A DNA stretch of 64,000 nucleotides from Octopus vulgaris (GCA_951406725.2 OX597836.1:41106001-41170000); one strand, 5' to 3'. Counted from the stretch's first letter, positions 1 to 11,909 are shown. The notes: generated from the sequence alone by a model not told the origin. Numbers and translations are program-made.

Positions 1-182
1 CCATTGTCGTTTTTCATTCCTTCAGAAATCGTGTTGTTGACTACTAAATTTTATCCAAAAGTCTGTAGTAGTGAAACAGATATACGCATGCGCGTTATCC
101 TATTTCCTCTGAAGTTATTGAGTGGTGAGATACTATCTGAGGCACGAGTAATTTCCCCTTAGTGTTGCTCTTTTATATATCG

Positions 183-558
183 ACTAGCACTATGACCCGG
201 CGATGCCGGGTCATAGTGCTAGTGCATGCATATACAGCTGCGTGCGTGCGCACATACACGCGAGTACTGTCCAAATCTCCGACCAATCACATACAGCTTG
301 CTGGCATTCAATTGGTGTATCAAGTTTCGGGCATTTTCATTGGGTTTTGGATAGAAAATTCACATGAAAGTCACTTCTATTGATTTTTTAATGGCTTTGC
401 GGGGTGACTGGGGAAATGTAAAGATGTGCACGACCACCCTTGGACGGTTTTGAATGGCCATAGAAAGTGTGAGCCCTTTAAATGAACAATTGTGGATTTG
501 TATAAAGGACACGCACACACACAAACAGACAGACATTTTGCCGTTTATATATATAGAT
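183..558 (+). mobile_element. Helentron/DINE-1-like non-autonomous element
   Basis: Starts with a perfect 19-bp hairpin ACTAGCACTATGACCCGGC-gat-GCCGGGTCATAGTGCTAGT (183-223). Ends ACAGACAGAC...TTTATATATATAGAT, the same end architecture as 22416-22723. Confidence 0.5.
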
Positions 559-638
559 ATGATGTTTGGGTCGTACGTGTGTAGCCGAATATTGTATGGG
601 TGTTTTGTACTTTATACGTACTTCCCACTCATACATGA

Positions 639-858
639 ACGAGGAGGCGCTGAAAATTCCTGGTTTTGGGTAAAAGAAAATACAGGAGAATCAGTGAATT
701 ATGGTTTTATTCAACGTATTCTCCTCTCTGGTTCACACACTTATTGCAGCAGTCCTTCAGTTATTTTAAGTTCTGTAAAAGAAATTGGAAGGTCGGGTTC
801 TTCAACAAGGCCTTTCACGACACCATTAAAGCCAGGGACTTTTCAGAACCCTCTCATA
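639..858 (-). mobile_element. mariner-derived MITE (internal deletion derivative)
   Basis: Imperfect TIRs acgaggaggcgctgaaaattcctggtttt and revcomp atgagagggttctgaaaagtccctggcttt. The minus strand encodes a mariner transposase C-terminus, KCVNQRGEYVE*. Confidence 0.65.
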
Positions 859-1009
859 TGGATTTATTAATCGGCAGAAGTTGATAAGTGACTCAAGAAC
901 AGAGAGTTTCGTGTATTGATACTTGTCAAATCTGATGAGAGGCCAATGCATAAAACTCTCGACCTCTGAAGAAATTTTGTAACTTTGGCCGAGTGAATAA
1001 AACATATAT

Positions 1010-1061
<52 letters not shown>

Positions 1062-1152
1062 AGTCAATTTTTGAGTTCTATTTTTCTGTTTGTATTACCA
1101 AATATATATATGCATACATACCTACGCATAATGTATGTATGTATATATATAT

Positions 1153-1216
<64 letters not shown>

Positions 1217-1280
1217 GTGTGTGTGTGTGTGTATATATACTGTATCCTTAAATCCTTAAAAATGTTTTAGCCCGAAGACG

Positions 1281-1356
<76 letters not shown>

Positions 1357-1811
1357 CGACGGGTTTCTTTCAGTTTCCGTCTACCATCTTTCTTTCTTTC
1401 TTTCTTACTTTCCGTAAGTATAAATTATTCTATGTTTGTGCACATGAATTACTGCACACCCGTCTCTGTGTGTGTGTATGTGCGTGCGAACCTGTGTACG
1501 AGATGATCGCAGGCTACCAAAAGTGAAAGTTCGCTGGGTCGGACATGTCACAAGATTCACAGACAATAGGGGGATCCATGCAGCCGCCGAATGGTATCGA
1601 AGAGATCGGGAAATTTCACTCTGAAAGCCTTCACAGTGATGGGAGGATAAATTAGTTGAACAGTTTGGAAATAAGGGGCGTATTCAAGAAAGAACTGGAA
1701 GTGTATTGTGGCCAGCGATGTATAACAACATCCAATAGTATGATCGATACAGCAATACAGTGATATGAGTGTGCGCGCACGCGAATATGTGTGTATGTAT
1801 GTGTGTGTGTG

Positions 1812-2130
1812 TGGAGGCGCATGGCCTAGTGTTTCGGATGTTACCCTCATGATCGTAAGATTGTGGTTTCGATTCCTAGACCGGGCTATGCTATGTGTTC
1901 TTGACTAAAACACTTCATTTCACGTTTCTCCAGTCCATTCAGCTGGCACCCCCCACCCCCCAAAAAAAAACCAAAAAAGAAAAAAATAAACCCCAAAATG
2001 AAAGAATAAAAAAATAAAAAGTAAAATGAGTAATCCTGCGATGAACCGGTGTCCGGTCCAGGTGAAAATATATACACCACACAATCCGGAAAAAACGGCT
2101 TTATTAGTCTATGGCTTTTGGAAGGACCTC
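1812..2130 (+). mobile_element. tRNA-derived SINE, family D
   Basis: Head GGAGGCGCATGGCCTAGTG...GGTTTCGATTCC (A/B boxes); body similar to 9220-9458 and 20420-20755. Confidence 0.55.
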
Positions 2131-2167
2131 TGATCCTTTGATATGTATGCATGTATGTATGTATGTA

Positions 2168-2352
2168 TAAATCCTTAAATCCTTAAAAATGTTTTAGCCC
2201 GAAGGCCGCGGCCATGCTGGGGCACCACCGCTGAATGAGCTACACTAATATGTGAATCCACCTCTGATACGTGGCACTTGATCAAGAAGGGAGTTCGATG
2301 CTGCTGCCCGCATCTGCGTCTCCTGTCGTGAGGTAGGTTCATCTGGGACTCC

Positions 2353-2353
<1 letters not shown>
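2168..2353 (-). mobile_element. CR1-like LINE 3' end (ORF2 C-terminus + 3' UTR)
   Basis: Minus frame GVPDEPTSRQETQMRAAASNSLLDQVPRIRGGFTY*, then a 3' UTR ending in AAGGATTT repeats. A short tail-only copy lies at ~1244-1278. Confidence 0.55.
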
Positions 2354-2431
<78 letters not shown>

Positions 2432-2479
2432 TGTGCATACGAATATGTATCTGTAGATATATATTATTTATATTATATA

Positions 2480-2690
2480 TAAGTACTCAGGTTTGCACGT
2501 CAGTGCAAAACAAAGTGGAAAAAATAGTACTCGAATACCAAAGATAGAGTAACATGCTTTTTTTTTCTTTATTAAACTGCAAAATTAAAACTGACCTGTC
2601 ACTCAGAGTTTCACTTTCACTATCGTCGGACGAATAGAACGTAAAGCCGAGTAACAGTTCTGTGATAATTTTGCAGCTTTAATAAAAAGG
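2480..2690. mobile_element. Degenerate fold-back copy of hammerhead repeat family H1 (Penelope-like)
   Basis: Similar to 40679-40904; inverts near the hammerhead core (cgtcggac|gaatagaacg). Confidence 0.45.
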
Positions 2691-2967
2691 TTTATATGTA
2701 CGTGTGTGAGTGAGCATATATATATGTGTATGTGTGTATATATATATGTTTGTGTGCATATATAAATATACGCGTGTGTATATATATGTATATGTATATG
2801 TATATGAAAAAAATTTATTACATTCTTCAGACATATTGACTCAAATATATATTTTTTAACCTTTTAAAACAAGCCTTCTGTAGTTTTTTCACTTTTTACT
2901 ATTTTCTATATATTCAACCACGTGCTTTCACATACCAACTTTCTTACCTATATATATATATATATAT

Positions 2968-3067
2968 ATTATATATAAGGGCTTAGTAAAATAAATTACT
3001 TTGCCACATACTGAACTCATTCAGTATGTGGCAAAGTAATTTATTTTACTAAGCCCTTATATATAAT
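2968..3067. repeat. Perfect palindrome, 48-bp arms, 4-nt loop
   Basis: 2968-3015 is the exact reverse complement of 3020-3067; loop CTCA; adjoins (TA)n. Confidence 0.9.
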
Positions 3068-3287
3068 GTAATATTTTGAATTTTGAATTTTGAATTCGCC
3101 CTTTACATTGGTCCACCCCGGCCCTGAATATTAGATATTGTTTGTATGGTGGCTTGGACAGTGAAACCCATTACCTCAATGGTCCCTTTAAATACTGAAT
3201 ACTTGGTGAAATTGATTAATAATTAATTAATTTTACCCTCAATTGTTGAAATATATATATATATGTATAAACATATATATATATAAA

Positions 3288-3325
3288 CTGTCCGACGAAC
3301 GGGAACGTGAAACTCCGAGTAACAG
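3288..3325 (+). ncRNA. Minimal type I hammerhead ribozyme motif (family H1) heading a ~145-bp Penelope-like fragment (3285-3430)
   Basis: CTGT-CCGACGA-ACG(GGAA)CGT-GAAAC-TCCGA-GTA-ACAG: stem I CTGT/ACAG, stem II with GNRA loop, stem III ACT/AGT; core carries a U4C variant. Confidence 0.65.
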
Positions 3326-3792
3326 CTTTTGTTATATTTCTGCTGCTTTTAGATAAAGCATATTACTCTACCTCTGGTATTTGAGTACTCTTTTTTACAC
3401 CTAGATTCACATTTATGTGCTTACTCCGGTAAATATATATATATATATATATGAAGAGTGAGAAAAACCTTTTTAATCGTTCGGATGTTCAGCTCCAAGT
3501 AACACACAAACACACACACCACACATACACGGGCACACACACACGCAGACACACACACGCAGACTTACACTATATGTCTGCTGTTCAAACGTCACTGATT
3601 GGTCCACCCCGGCCCTGAATATTAGATATTGTTTGTATGGTGGCTTGGACAGTGAAACCCATTACCTCAATGACCTCAGTTGACCTCAGTTGACCTCAGT
3701 TCACACCAGTTCACCCTCGCTTACTAAAGTTAACCTCAGTCGAATCCACGTAACCTCATATATATTCATTTTCCTCGGGTAATCCAGTTAAC

Positions 3793-3798
3793 TTTATT
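3793..3798 (-). terminator. Candidate polyadenylation signal AATAAA of the minus-strand gene
   Basis: AATAAA about 214 nt downstream of the predicted stop codon. Confidence 0.3.
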
Positions 3799-4011
3799 TA
3801 ACTTAATTTATCACTGGTGAGCCCTAATTGTCTCCAGGTCACCCCAACTAACCCCATACAAACCTAGTTAACAAATCGAGACCAGTGAATTCCAGTTAAA
3901 CCCAGTTACCTCTCGAGTTTACCCCATTACTCCCAGATAATTCCAGCTCAGCTGCCCAACGAGATCCTCATAAGTTATTAGGGGAAAATCCCTTTTTTGG
4001 TTCCTTCTCTG

Positions 4012-4019
4012 TCATATAT
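4012..4019 (-). CDS. Uncharacterised S/P-rich protein, coding exon 6 (terminal; ...N-I-stop)
   Basis: Strong acceptor tattttctctttccattgcag; the phase-1 join gives A|AT ATA TGA. Confidence 0.55.
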
Positions 4020-4366
4020 CTGCAATGGAAAGAGAAAATAATACAGTGGGGTTCGCAAACGTGACAAGAAATTAATACTGCCAATATTTGGTGTGCATAT
4101 GTGTGTATAATCATACGTGTGTGTGCATGTGTGTGTGTATATATATGTGTGTAAGTATATATGCGTGTACATATATATATATATATATTTATTTTATATA
4201 TATATATATTCAAATCTGAAGATTCTACTAGAATAGATGCAAGCGCTAATAAATGATTTATAAAAACATGTGACGTATTAATAAAAATCTGTAAATATAT
4301 AAACATCCAGATTTCTGAATACCATATTTCTTCTAATATATAATACCTATACATCACCTCCAAACC

Positions 4367-4398
<32 letters not shown>

Positions 4399-4824
4399 CA
4401 CGAGGGGTGCTGGTCGGACCGAGGCTATAGGGAAAGACACTTGCTCAAGGTGCCACGCAGTGGGACTGAATATGGAACTAAGTGGTTTGATAGCAAGCTT
4501 TTTACCACACAGCCACGCCTGCACCTATTTATTTATAATGTAATTAAAACTCTTAACCGGTTTCATAATTGGTTGATTTTCAAAATTTACACTTTTGAAA
4601 ATCATACGCATGTGAAACCGGTGAAGTGTATTAATTTTAATATAAATAACTCCTCATATATACTCACTATGCAGTTTCAACTTCATTAGGCTCTTAAAAT
4701 TATGAAGGAAGGATAAAATTCAAGCACGATGCTTTTAAAATGTACAGTTTTGCGTAGCAGAGGCTGAAGATACAATCTAAGATGATTTGGTATCGGAAGA
4801 AGGAAAGATATATTGGTTACTTAC

Positions 4825-5142
4825 TGTAAGTGTCATCCTGTGAATAGGCAGCAGAAGTTGAATGATAACGCTGTAGACAACAACGACTGTTGGGATGATG
4901 TGACACGCTGCACCTTCCTGTACAACAGTTACAAGGCGGCAATGGTGGGCCTTGGAGCTGCGAAGACGGTGATCTACCGCTAAATGTGAAGTGAGCGTCG
5001 CTGCTTTCGTAATGAGATCTACGGTGTTGGCTGCCGGAAGAGGATGATGATGATGGGGATTCTGGGTAGAGTAAACGATGGTCATCAGGGAAATGATGAC
5101 AGCAGTGGCTCGCTTCGCCGTCAGTGGAGCTGTGTTTTGTTT
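4825..5142 (-). CDS. Uncharacterised S/P-rich protein, coding exon 5 (Cys/His-rich)
   Basis: Acceptor ttttttctccccctgctcag, donor GTAAGT; phase 1 in and out; ETKHSSTDGEASHCCHH...YSQDDTY. Confidence 0.85.
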
Positions 5143-5199
5143 CTGAGCAGGGGGAGAAAAAAAGCAAGGTACTACTTTTAGCTGATATCAAGTATTATA

Positions 5200-5390
5200 T
5201 ACATAGGGAGAGTTTACGAAAAGAAAAACACAAAAGACGAAGACAGCTGGTGTACAAAGCAAACATGTATTAGTATAACGCTCAGGAATTGAAAAAGTCT
5301 TTTACGTTTCGAGCCTATGCTCTTCTACAGAAAGGGACACAGAAAAAAAACAAGGAGAGAAAAATATGTGTGTAGCGGCTAGCGATGTAC
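5200..5390 (-). mobile_element. Penelope-like fragment with atypical hammerhead-like motif (family H2)
   Basis: Minus strand CTTTCTGTAGAAGAGC-ATAG-GCTC-GAAAC-GTA-AAAG; paralogues at 47186-47333 and ~35376-35455. Confidence 0.45.
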
Positions 5391-5564
5391 AGACTCGCAC
5401 ATACGCGCAGAGAAAACACACATACACATCTATTTAATACACAACCCAAAGAGTTACTAATTGTTTTATGGTTTTATGATATTTGAATAAGCATATTTAT
5501 AAAGTACGCCATGTAACTTAAATTAATCTTTCAGGCTCTGTTTATGTTATATATATATATATAA

Positions 5565-5948
5565 GTAAGGTTGTGTGTCTGTCTCCTACGATTTAGATTC
5601 CTAACTACTCCCACATTTTGCGATGCAGTTTAACCAAAACCGGGTATCTTATAGTCGTGATTCATATCGAGCCCTTCTGGGTATTAGCGCGCGCGTCTAC
5701 GATGAGTCTACGATTTAAAAAAAATTTACCATCATTTTTTTCCATTTCAATGCATTTTTTTCGCTATTATATAAGGGAGGTAACTCTCTAAAAATGTCTA
5801 CGACGAGTCAACGATTTAAAAATTTATTACCATAATTTTTTTTCCATTTTTAATGCTTTTTTTGCTATTTTTTGGCTATAACTCTCTAAAAATGCTTATA
5901 TAGTTATTTCCCTTACAAACCCGAGCAACGCCGGGCGATACTGCTAGT
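5565..5948 (-). mobile_element. Helentron/DINE-like non-autonomous element
   Basis: Reverse-orientation copy of 22416-22723, with an internal duplication. Confidence 0.6.
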
Positions 5949-6054
5949 GTTATATATGTTAAAAAACAAACAAACAAACAAGACGCTGGACAATGAGGAA
6001 ATAAAAGAAAAAACATGGAAAACGGGAATAAGGTTAGTACACATAATATATATA

Positions 6055-6257
6055 CTCTTTTACTTGTTTCAGTCATTTGACTGCGGCCATGCTGGAGCAC
6101 CGCCTTTAGTCGAGCAAATCGACCCAAGGACTTATTCTTTGTAAGCCCAGTACTTATTCCATTGGTCTCTTTTGCCGAACCGCTAAGTGATGGGGACGTA
6201 AACACACCAGCATCGGTTGTCAAGCAATGCTAGGCGGACAAACACAGACACAAACAT

Positions 6258-6288
<31 letters not shown>

Positions 6289-6458
6289 CATATATACGAC
6301 ACTCTTATTTCAGTTTCCGTCTACCAAATCCACTCACAAGGCTTTGGTTGGCCCGGGGCTTTAGCAGAAGACACTTGCCCAAGATGCCACGCAGTGGGAC
6401 TGAACCCGGAACCATGTGGTTGGTTAGCAAGCTACTTACCACACAGCCACTCCTGCGC
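6055..6458 (-). mobile_element. tRNA-derived SINE, family A (dominant family)
   Basis: Head GGCGCAGGAGTGGCTGTGTGGTAAG...GGTTCAGTCCC, internal (TA)n(TG)n, tail CAGCATGGCCGCAGTCAAATGACTGAAACAAGTAAAAGAG. Confidence 0.9.
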
Positions 6459-6737
6459 CATATATATATATGAGTGTGTGTATAAAAGGGTAGGTATTAT
6501 ATTTATATGCATACACATAGACAAGTGTGTGCAGACGTGAATATCAAGATGCATAGTGATACTAACAGACAAATACATCTGTATGTAAAGACACTCAAGT
6601 ATATAATTTCTCTCCCTCTCTTTGTATTTGCTGTCCGTCTGTCTGTTTGTCTGTCACACACACACACGTACACACACATACACACACAGACACACACACA
6701 CGTACATATACATGCTACGTTGGAAAACCGACTGTAC

Positions 6738-7404
6738 CTTCCGACTGTCTGCAAAACAACCGCCTTTTCGCCACTCCGTTGCGCTGGCGATCTGCGCAGT
6801 CGTGAACCCGCGATTGATGGCACGGCAGGTCACCGGGTGCCCAGCCGTACGAAGACGGCGACCCCCGATGCTGACAGCCGATATGACAAGGAGACTGATG
6901 GAAACTGGCGGGTGAGTGCGACGACGGGACCTGCGATGGCGGAGCCGGAGACTTGACTGGTGTAGAATGACTCGTATCATACTGCTGCTGCTTCGGCTTC
7001 TGCTGCTGCTGCTGGCTGGGAAAGATGAACGGATTGCTGGGGGAAGGTATTAGTTGAGGCTGTTTCCGACGTATCCGCGACGGACTTTCAAGAGGTGTTG
7101 CCAGATATTCATGTTGAAGCGAGGAATTTCCAGGTCCTTCTTCGAATCGTACTTCCGATGGTTGACTGCTACGGTCGAGGCAAAGGTCGCCAGTTGATGT
7201 AGAAGGGCGGTACGACTGCGCATGCCCGGCGGGCGATATCTTCGAGACTGGAGAAATGTAAGTGCTGGCGTGTCGTGACGTCAGATGGGAAATTTTGGGC
7301 GTCGTGTGGTGGAGGTTAAACGGCGACGGTGGCAGCGGTGGCAACATGGTCGGCGAATGGACAACCTCGTTGTGAGATGGAGGCGATGGTAGGAGATCGG
7401 AATC
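6738..7404 (-). CDS. Uncharacterised S/P-rich protein, coding exon 4
   Basis: Acceptor ttgtttcccttctcag, donor G|GTACAG; phase 0 in, 1 out; GC-rich open frame DSDLLPSPP...VAKRRLFCRQSE. Confidence 0.88.
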
Positions 7405-7446
7405 CTGAGAAGGGAAACAATATGAAATTATAAATAGGTAGACTGA

Positions 7447-8218
7447 TACGTACATACATACATACATACATACATACATACATACATACATACATACATA
7501 CATACATACATACATACATACATACATACATACATACATACGTACGTACATACATACATACATACATACACACATACATACATACATACATACATACATA
7601 CATACATACATACATACATACATACGTACGTACGTACATACATACATACATACATACATACGTACGTACATACATACATACATACATACATACATACATA
7701 CATACGTACGTACGTACATACATACATGCGTACGCACGTACGTACATACATACATACATACATACATACATACATACATGCATACATACGTACATACGTA
7801 CATACATACATACATACATACATACATACATACATACATACATACATACATACATACATACGTACATACATACATACAAACATACATACATACATACATA
7901 CATACATACATACATACATACATACATACATACATACATACATACATACGTACATACATACATACATACATACATACATACATACATACATACATACATA
8001 CATACATACATACATACATACATACATACATACATACATACATACGTACATACATACATACGTACGTACATACATACATACGTACGTACATACATACATA
8101 CATACATACATACATACATACATACGTACATACATACATACATAATACATACATACATACATACATACATACATACATACATACATACGTACATACATAC
8201 ATACATACATACATACGT
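7447..8218. repeat. (TACA)n microsatellite with TACG variants
   Basis: About 770-bp tetranucleotide array. Confidence 0.97.
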
Positions 8219-8635
8219 AACATTAATGGCGAATTAATGCGGAACTTAAAACTCTTGTACCTTGGCAATGAATTTTCGTTTGTACCACTCATCACTGGTA
8301 CATTAGGTTATGTACCAATAAATTTTCACAGAAATCTAGAAACACTTGGTTTCACGGAAAAAGGGCAAAAGAAACTGATGTAGATTCTTCAAATCAAGTC
8401 TATTAGTGGCACAGTGAAGATCTGTAAGGCTTTCCAAGCATTGTCCATCTGAGATTTTTAAGCGAATAAATGCACACACGTGGGCATATGTATCGACAGT
8501 TCAACCACCGACAGACGACACCAGCTCAAGCCCTTATTTACAACACGGGGAACTCTCTTAACTCCCAAAGTATTGTCCCTTTGTTAGCAGCTGGCTTGAG
8601 CTCTCTCAAAAGGAACTTAAACTAAACTCAAACAT
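8219..8635 (+). mobile_element. R4/Dong-like non-LTR retrotransposon 3' fragment (C-terminus of the REL-endonuclease ORF)
   Basis: GELMRNLKLLYLGNEFSFVPLITGTLGYVP...LETLGF...LQIKSISGTVKICKAF; flanked by (TACA)n. Confidence 0.6.
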
Positions 8636-8649
8636 CATATATCATACGT

Positions 8650-8944
8650 TCCTTCTCGAACCATGCCTGGCTCAATAGAGCCGGTTTCCCGGTTTCTTGG
8701 CGTATAGGCTCCCCACTTGGACGGGACGCCAGTCCGTCGCAAGTGAGCTGCAAGATGCAGGAGGAAAGAGTAAGAGAAAGTTGTGGCGAAAGAGTCAGCA
8801 GAAGTTCGCCATTACCTTCTGCCAGAGCTGCATGAAGCTTAGGTGTTTCGCTCATAGACACACACATCGCCCGGTCTGAGATTCGAACCTGCGATCCCTC
8901 GACCGCGAGTCCGCTGCTCTTATCACTAGGCCATGTGCCTCCAC
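8650..8944 (-). mobile_element. tRNA-derived SINE, family C-related, with 12-bp TSD
   Basis: Head GGAGGCACATGGCCTAGTG...GGTTCGAATCTC; TSD TATATCATACGT at 8638-8649 and 8945-8956. Confidence 0.75.
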
Positions 8945-9219
8945 TATATCATACGTACATACATACATACATACATACATACATACATACATACATACAT
9001 ACATACATACATACACGCATGCATGCATGATGGAAGTCAATTCATGAGGTGGGTAAGACTACTTTTTAAACGCAGCTTGTGCAAGCAAATTTTCCTTGAG
9101 CGCAAGAAGGTCCTCTCCGGGAAATTGTTTTAAGCGGATGAAGTATTGTCCAACACTGAACCCACTTTTAGGCGCGATCGGCTTTAACATCAGCGGCACA
9201 ACTATAAAAAGTAGTTACC

Positions 9220-9458
9220 TACTCGAGCCATATCGGTTCATAAGGGCCGGTTTCTTGGTTCCGTGGTGTATATATTCCCCACCTGGACGGGACGCTGGTC
9301 CGTCGCAGGATAACTCATTTTTGACAGCTGAGTGGACTGGAGCAATGTGAAATGAAGTGTTTTGCTCAAGAACACAACTCGTCACCTGGTTTAGGTATCG
9401 AAACCACAATTTTACGATCATGAATCCAACACCCTAAGCACTAAGCCACGCGCCTCCA
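9220..9458 (-). mobile_element. tRNA-derived SINE, family D
   Basis: Head GGAGGCGCGTGGCTTAGTG...GGTTTCGATACC; body TGTTCTTGAGCAAAACACTTCATTTCACATTGCTCCAG. Confidence 0.7.
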
Positions 9459-9470
9459 CAGTGACGCAAC

Positions 9471-9637
9471 CACTCGCGTAGCTAGTGTGCCGCCCGTGGT
9501 GGCCTTTCCGTTTGCCGCCCGTGGACCTCACAAAAAAACACATATTACCTACAGCAGACCCCAAAAACTCGTGCCTCTTTAAAAGTGCTGCCCGGGACGG
9601 ACCACCCCTACCGGCCTCCACCACAGCTACGTTAGTG
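9471..9637. mobile_element. hAT-type MITE
   Basis: TIRs CACTCGCGTAGCT / AGCTACGTTAGTG; degenerate 8-bp TSD GACGCAAC/GGCACAAC. Confidence 0.45.
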
Positions 9638-9936
9638 GGCACAACTAAGATTGAGGTGACCAGAAACCAACTTTATGTCTGTTATATTTATTTATATTTA
9701 TAAGGTTTTCCCTTCTCCCAGAAGGAAGTTCTAACGAGAACTAGAGGTCCTTGATTCCCAGTGGTTTACATGTTATTTAACCGAAAGCTGGGACCCTGAC
9801 AGATGCTGCCACTTTGGGTCAGCGTAGACCTTGGAACAATACTACTGTCAAAGAGGTGGTTCCATACACATCAAAATTCCGGAACTCCTCAACCGGGGCC
9901 CCACGATCAGATGCTGTATCAAGTAATACCTAAGAA

Positions 9937-10025
9937 ACACACACTCACACACGCACACACTCACACACACACACACACACACACACTCACAGACACACTC
10001 ACACACACACACACACAGACACACA

Positions 10026-10067
<42 letters not shown>

Positions 10068-10109
10068 GACACACTCACACACACACACACAGACACACAC
10101 ACACACACA

Positions 10110-10175
<66 letters not shown>

Positions 10176-10331
10176 GACACACTCACACACACTCACACAG
10201 ACAGACACACACACACACAGACACACACACACAAACACACACACACACACACAGACAGACAGACACACACACACACACGCACGCACACACACACACACAG
10301 ACAGACAGACAGACACACACACACACACACG

Positions 10332-10362
<31 letters not shown>

Positions 10363-10378
10363 ACACACACACACACAT
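9937..10378. repeat. (CA)n microsatellite with CAGA/CACT variants
   Basis: About 440-bp array. Confidence 0.97.
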
Positions 10379-10537
10379 GATGGGTTTGCGCGCATTTGCA
10401 TAGTCTCCGCATTTCAAATGCTATTTAGAGGGCATTAATCTATGTTGCATAAAAAAAATTCTCGTAATTTCGATAAAACAAAACAAAACAAAGCAAAACA
10501 AAACAAAAAACTCCAGAAAGACAAAGTATTTGCTTAC

Positions 10538-11664
10538 CCAGAGTTGGTTATCGCACGATCGATTTCGGGTGACGTCTTTATTCGACCAACGTCTAAACAT
10601 GACTTTACCAGCGTCGCTGTCCTCCTTCAACGCTTGAATTCTGTTGTACATCTCGTCCTTTCTGTATATTCCCTTCTTGTCGTAGGAGGGCACGAAAGTG
10701 GATTCGTAAGGGAACTCATCAGGGATAGGATGTTCTGGATCGTGTATATAATCAACCGGAACTAACCCCGATAAGGAATGACCAAATACCGTTGTTGGAC
10801 ATGGCCTTTGATCAAACCTCATTTTTTGTTGACAAGATTCCTGTGAGCTTTCGTGTCCATGAAAAACGCTCCTCTCTGTTGGACATAATATCGACTCGTC
10901 TTCTAATATATTCGCCTGCTTGCAGAAGCTACGATTGCTATATCCGCCGGAAGCATTCTCCTCGTAGCATCTGCATGATGTCCTCCTGAAGCAGTCTTTA
11001 TAGACCGGTGATTCTGCAGTCTTTTGTCTACGTTCGCAGGCACTCTTCACTAAACGAGGTGATGGCGGAGTAACAGCAGACGATTTGTTCGCCATTGTGT
11101 AATAATCTGAGTCGTCTTGCGATGATCGACACCTTTCTCTGACCGGTAGTTTATCTACGGTTATCGGAGGAGGTGACGCCATATTGAGATCTGTGAAATT
11201 TTCCACAATTTCCTTGTCGTTCATGGAGCTCATATCGACCGGACGTTTTCTGTTTCTTTTGTCGTGTGAAAAGACAGCCGTGTTCAATTCTCCCGTAGGC
11301 AGATCTGAAAAGAAGAAGTTTCCGCCATCGTTGCTTTTCGCACATTTCGACGGAGTGCAAGGCGATTGAGCCAGTATCGTATAAGGGGAATGAGGTAAAG
11401 GGGATTGACAGGATTTGCTTCTTAGACGTGCTCCATGTTGAGGTGAAGTACGTATCATATATTGAGTTATGGACGTCTGGCTTTTGGCCCGTGAAGGGCT
11501 GGACGAGGTACCGTCCTGTGACGATTTTTGAGGGGAGCAATCAAACTCATCTTTTAAGTCGAGTGGTTTGGTAAAAGTTTTTGCTTTTCTCTTGGGAGGG
11601 TCTTGCAATTTGAAGGTTTTACTTTCTTCTTCATCGTATCTGTCTTCGTCTTCTTGAAACATGC
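10538..11664 (-). CDS. Uncharacterised S/P-rich protein, coding exon 3 (1127 nt)
   Basis: Lies in a non-repetitive 426-codon ORF; acceptor ttttacttctatgttcag, donor TGG|GTAAGC; phase 1 in, 0 out. Confidence 0.92.
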
Positions 11665-11909
11665 CTGAACATAGAAGTAAAATTACTGCCATGGAAATCA
11701 AAATTCAAAACTATAACAGAACATGTAACATAAACTGCTTACGGAACTTAGAACTTGAAATCAAATGTTGAACGTTTAAGCCATAAACTTCTGAGAGTGT
11801 TAATGTTGATACACAGGGAATGTAGGCTGCAAAATCTTGTTGCCATTTAATCTAATACAGTCATGCTTTGCGGCTTTGTATTAGGTCAGAAGTATGTCAA
11901 GCCTTAACT

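Noticed and set aside
454-870. 138-aa plus-strand ORF
   Set aside because: It spans a Helentron-like end and the antisense strand of a mariner MITE.
1557-1850. 97-aa minus ORF as a further exon of the gene
   Set aside because: Candidate acceptors at 1695 and 1621 give immediate stops in the required phase 1, and the ORF starts in a SINE/microsatellite.
7316-8383. MYVC/HTYI repeat ORFs, including the N-terminal part of the 526-aa ORF
   Set aside because: (TACA)n microsatellite; only 6738-7404 is exon.
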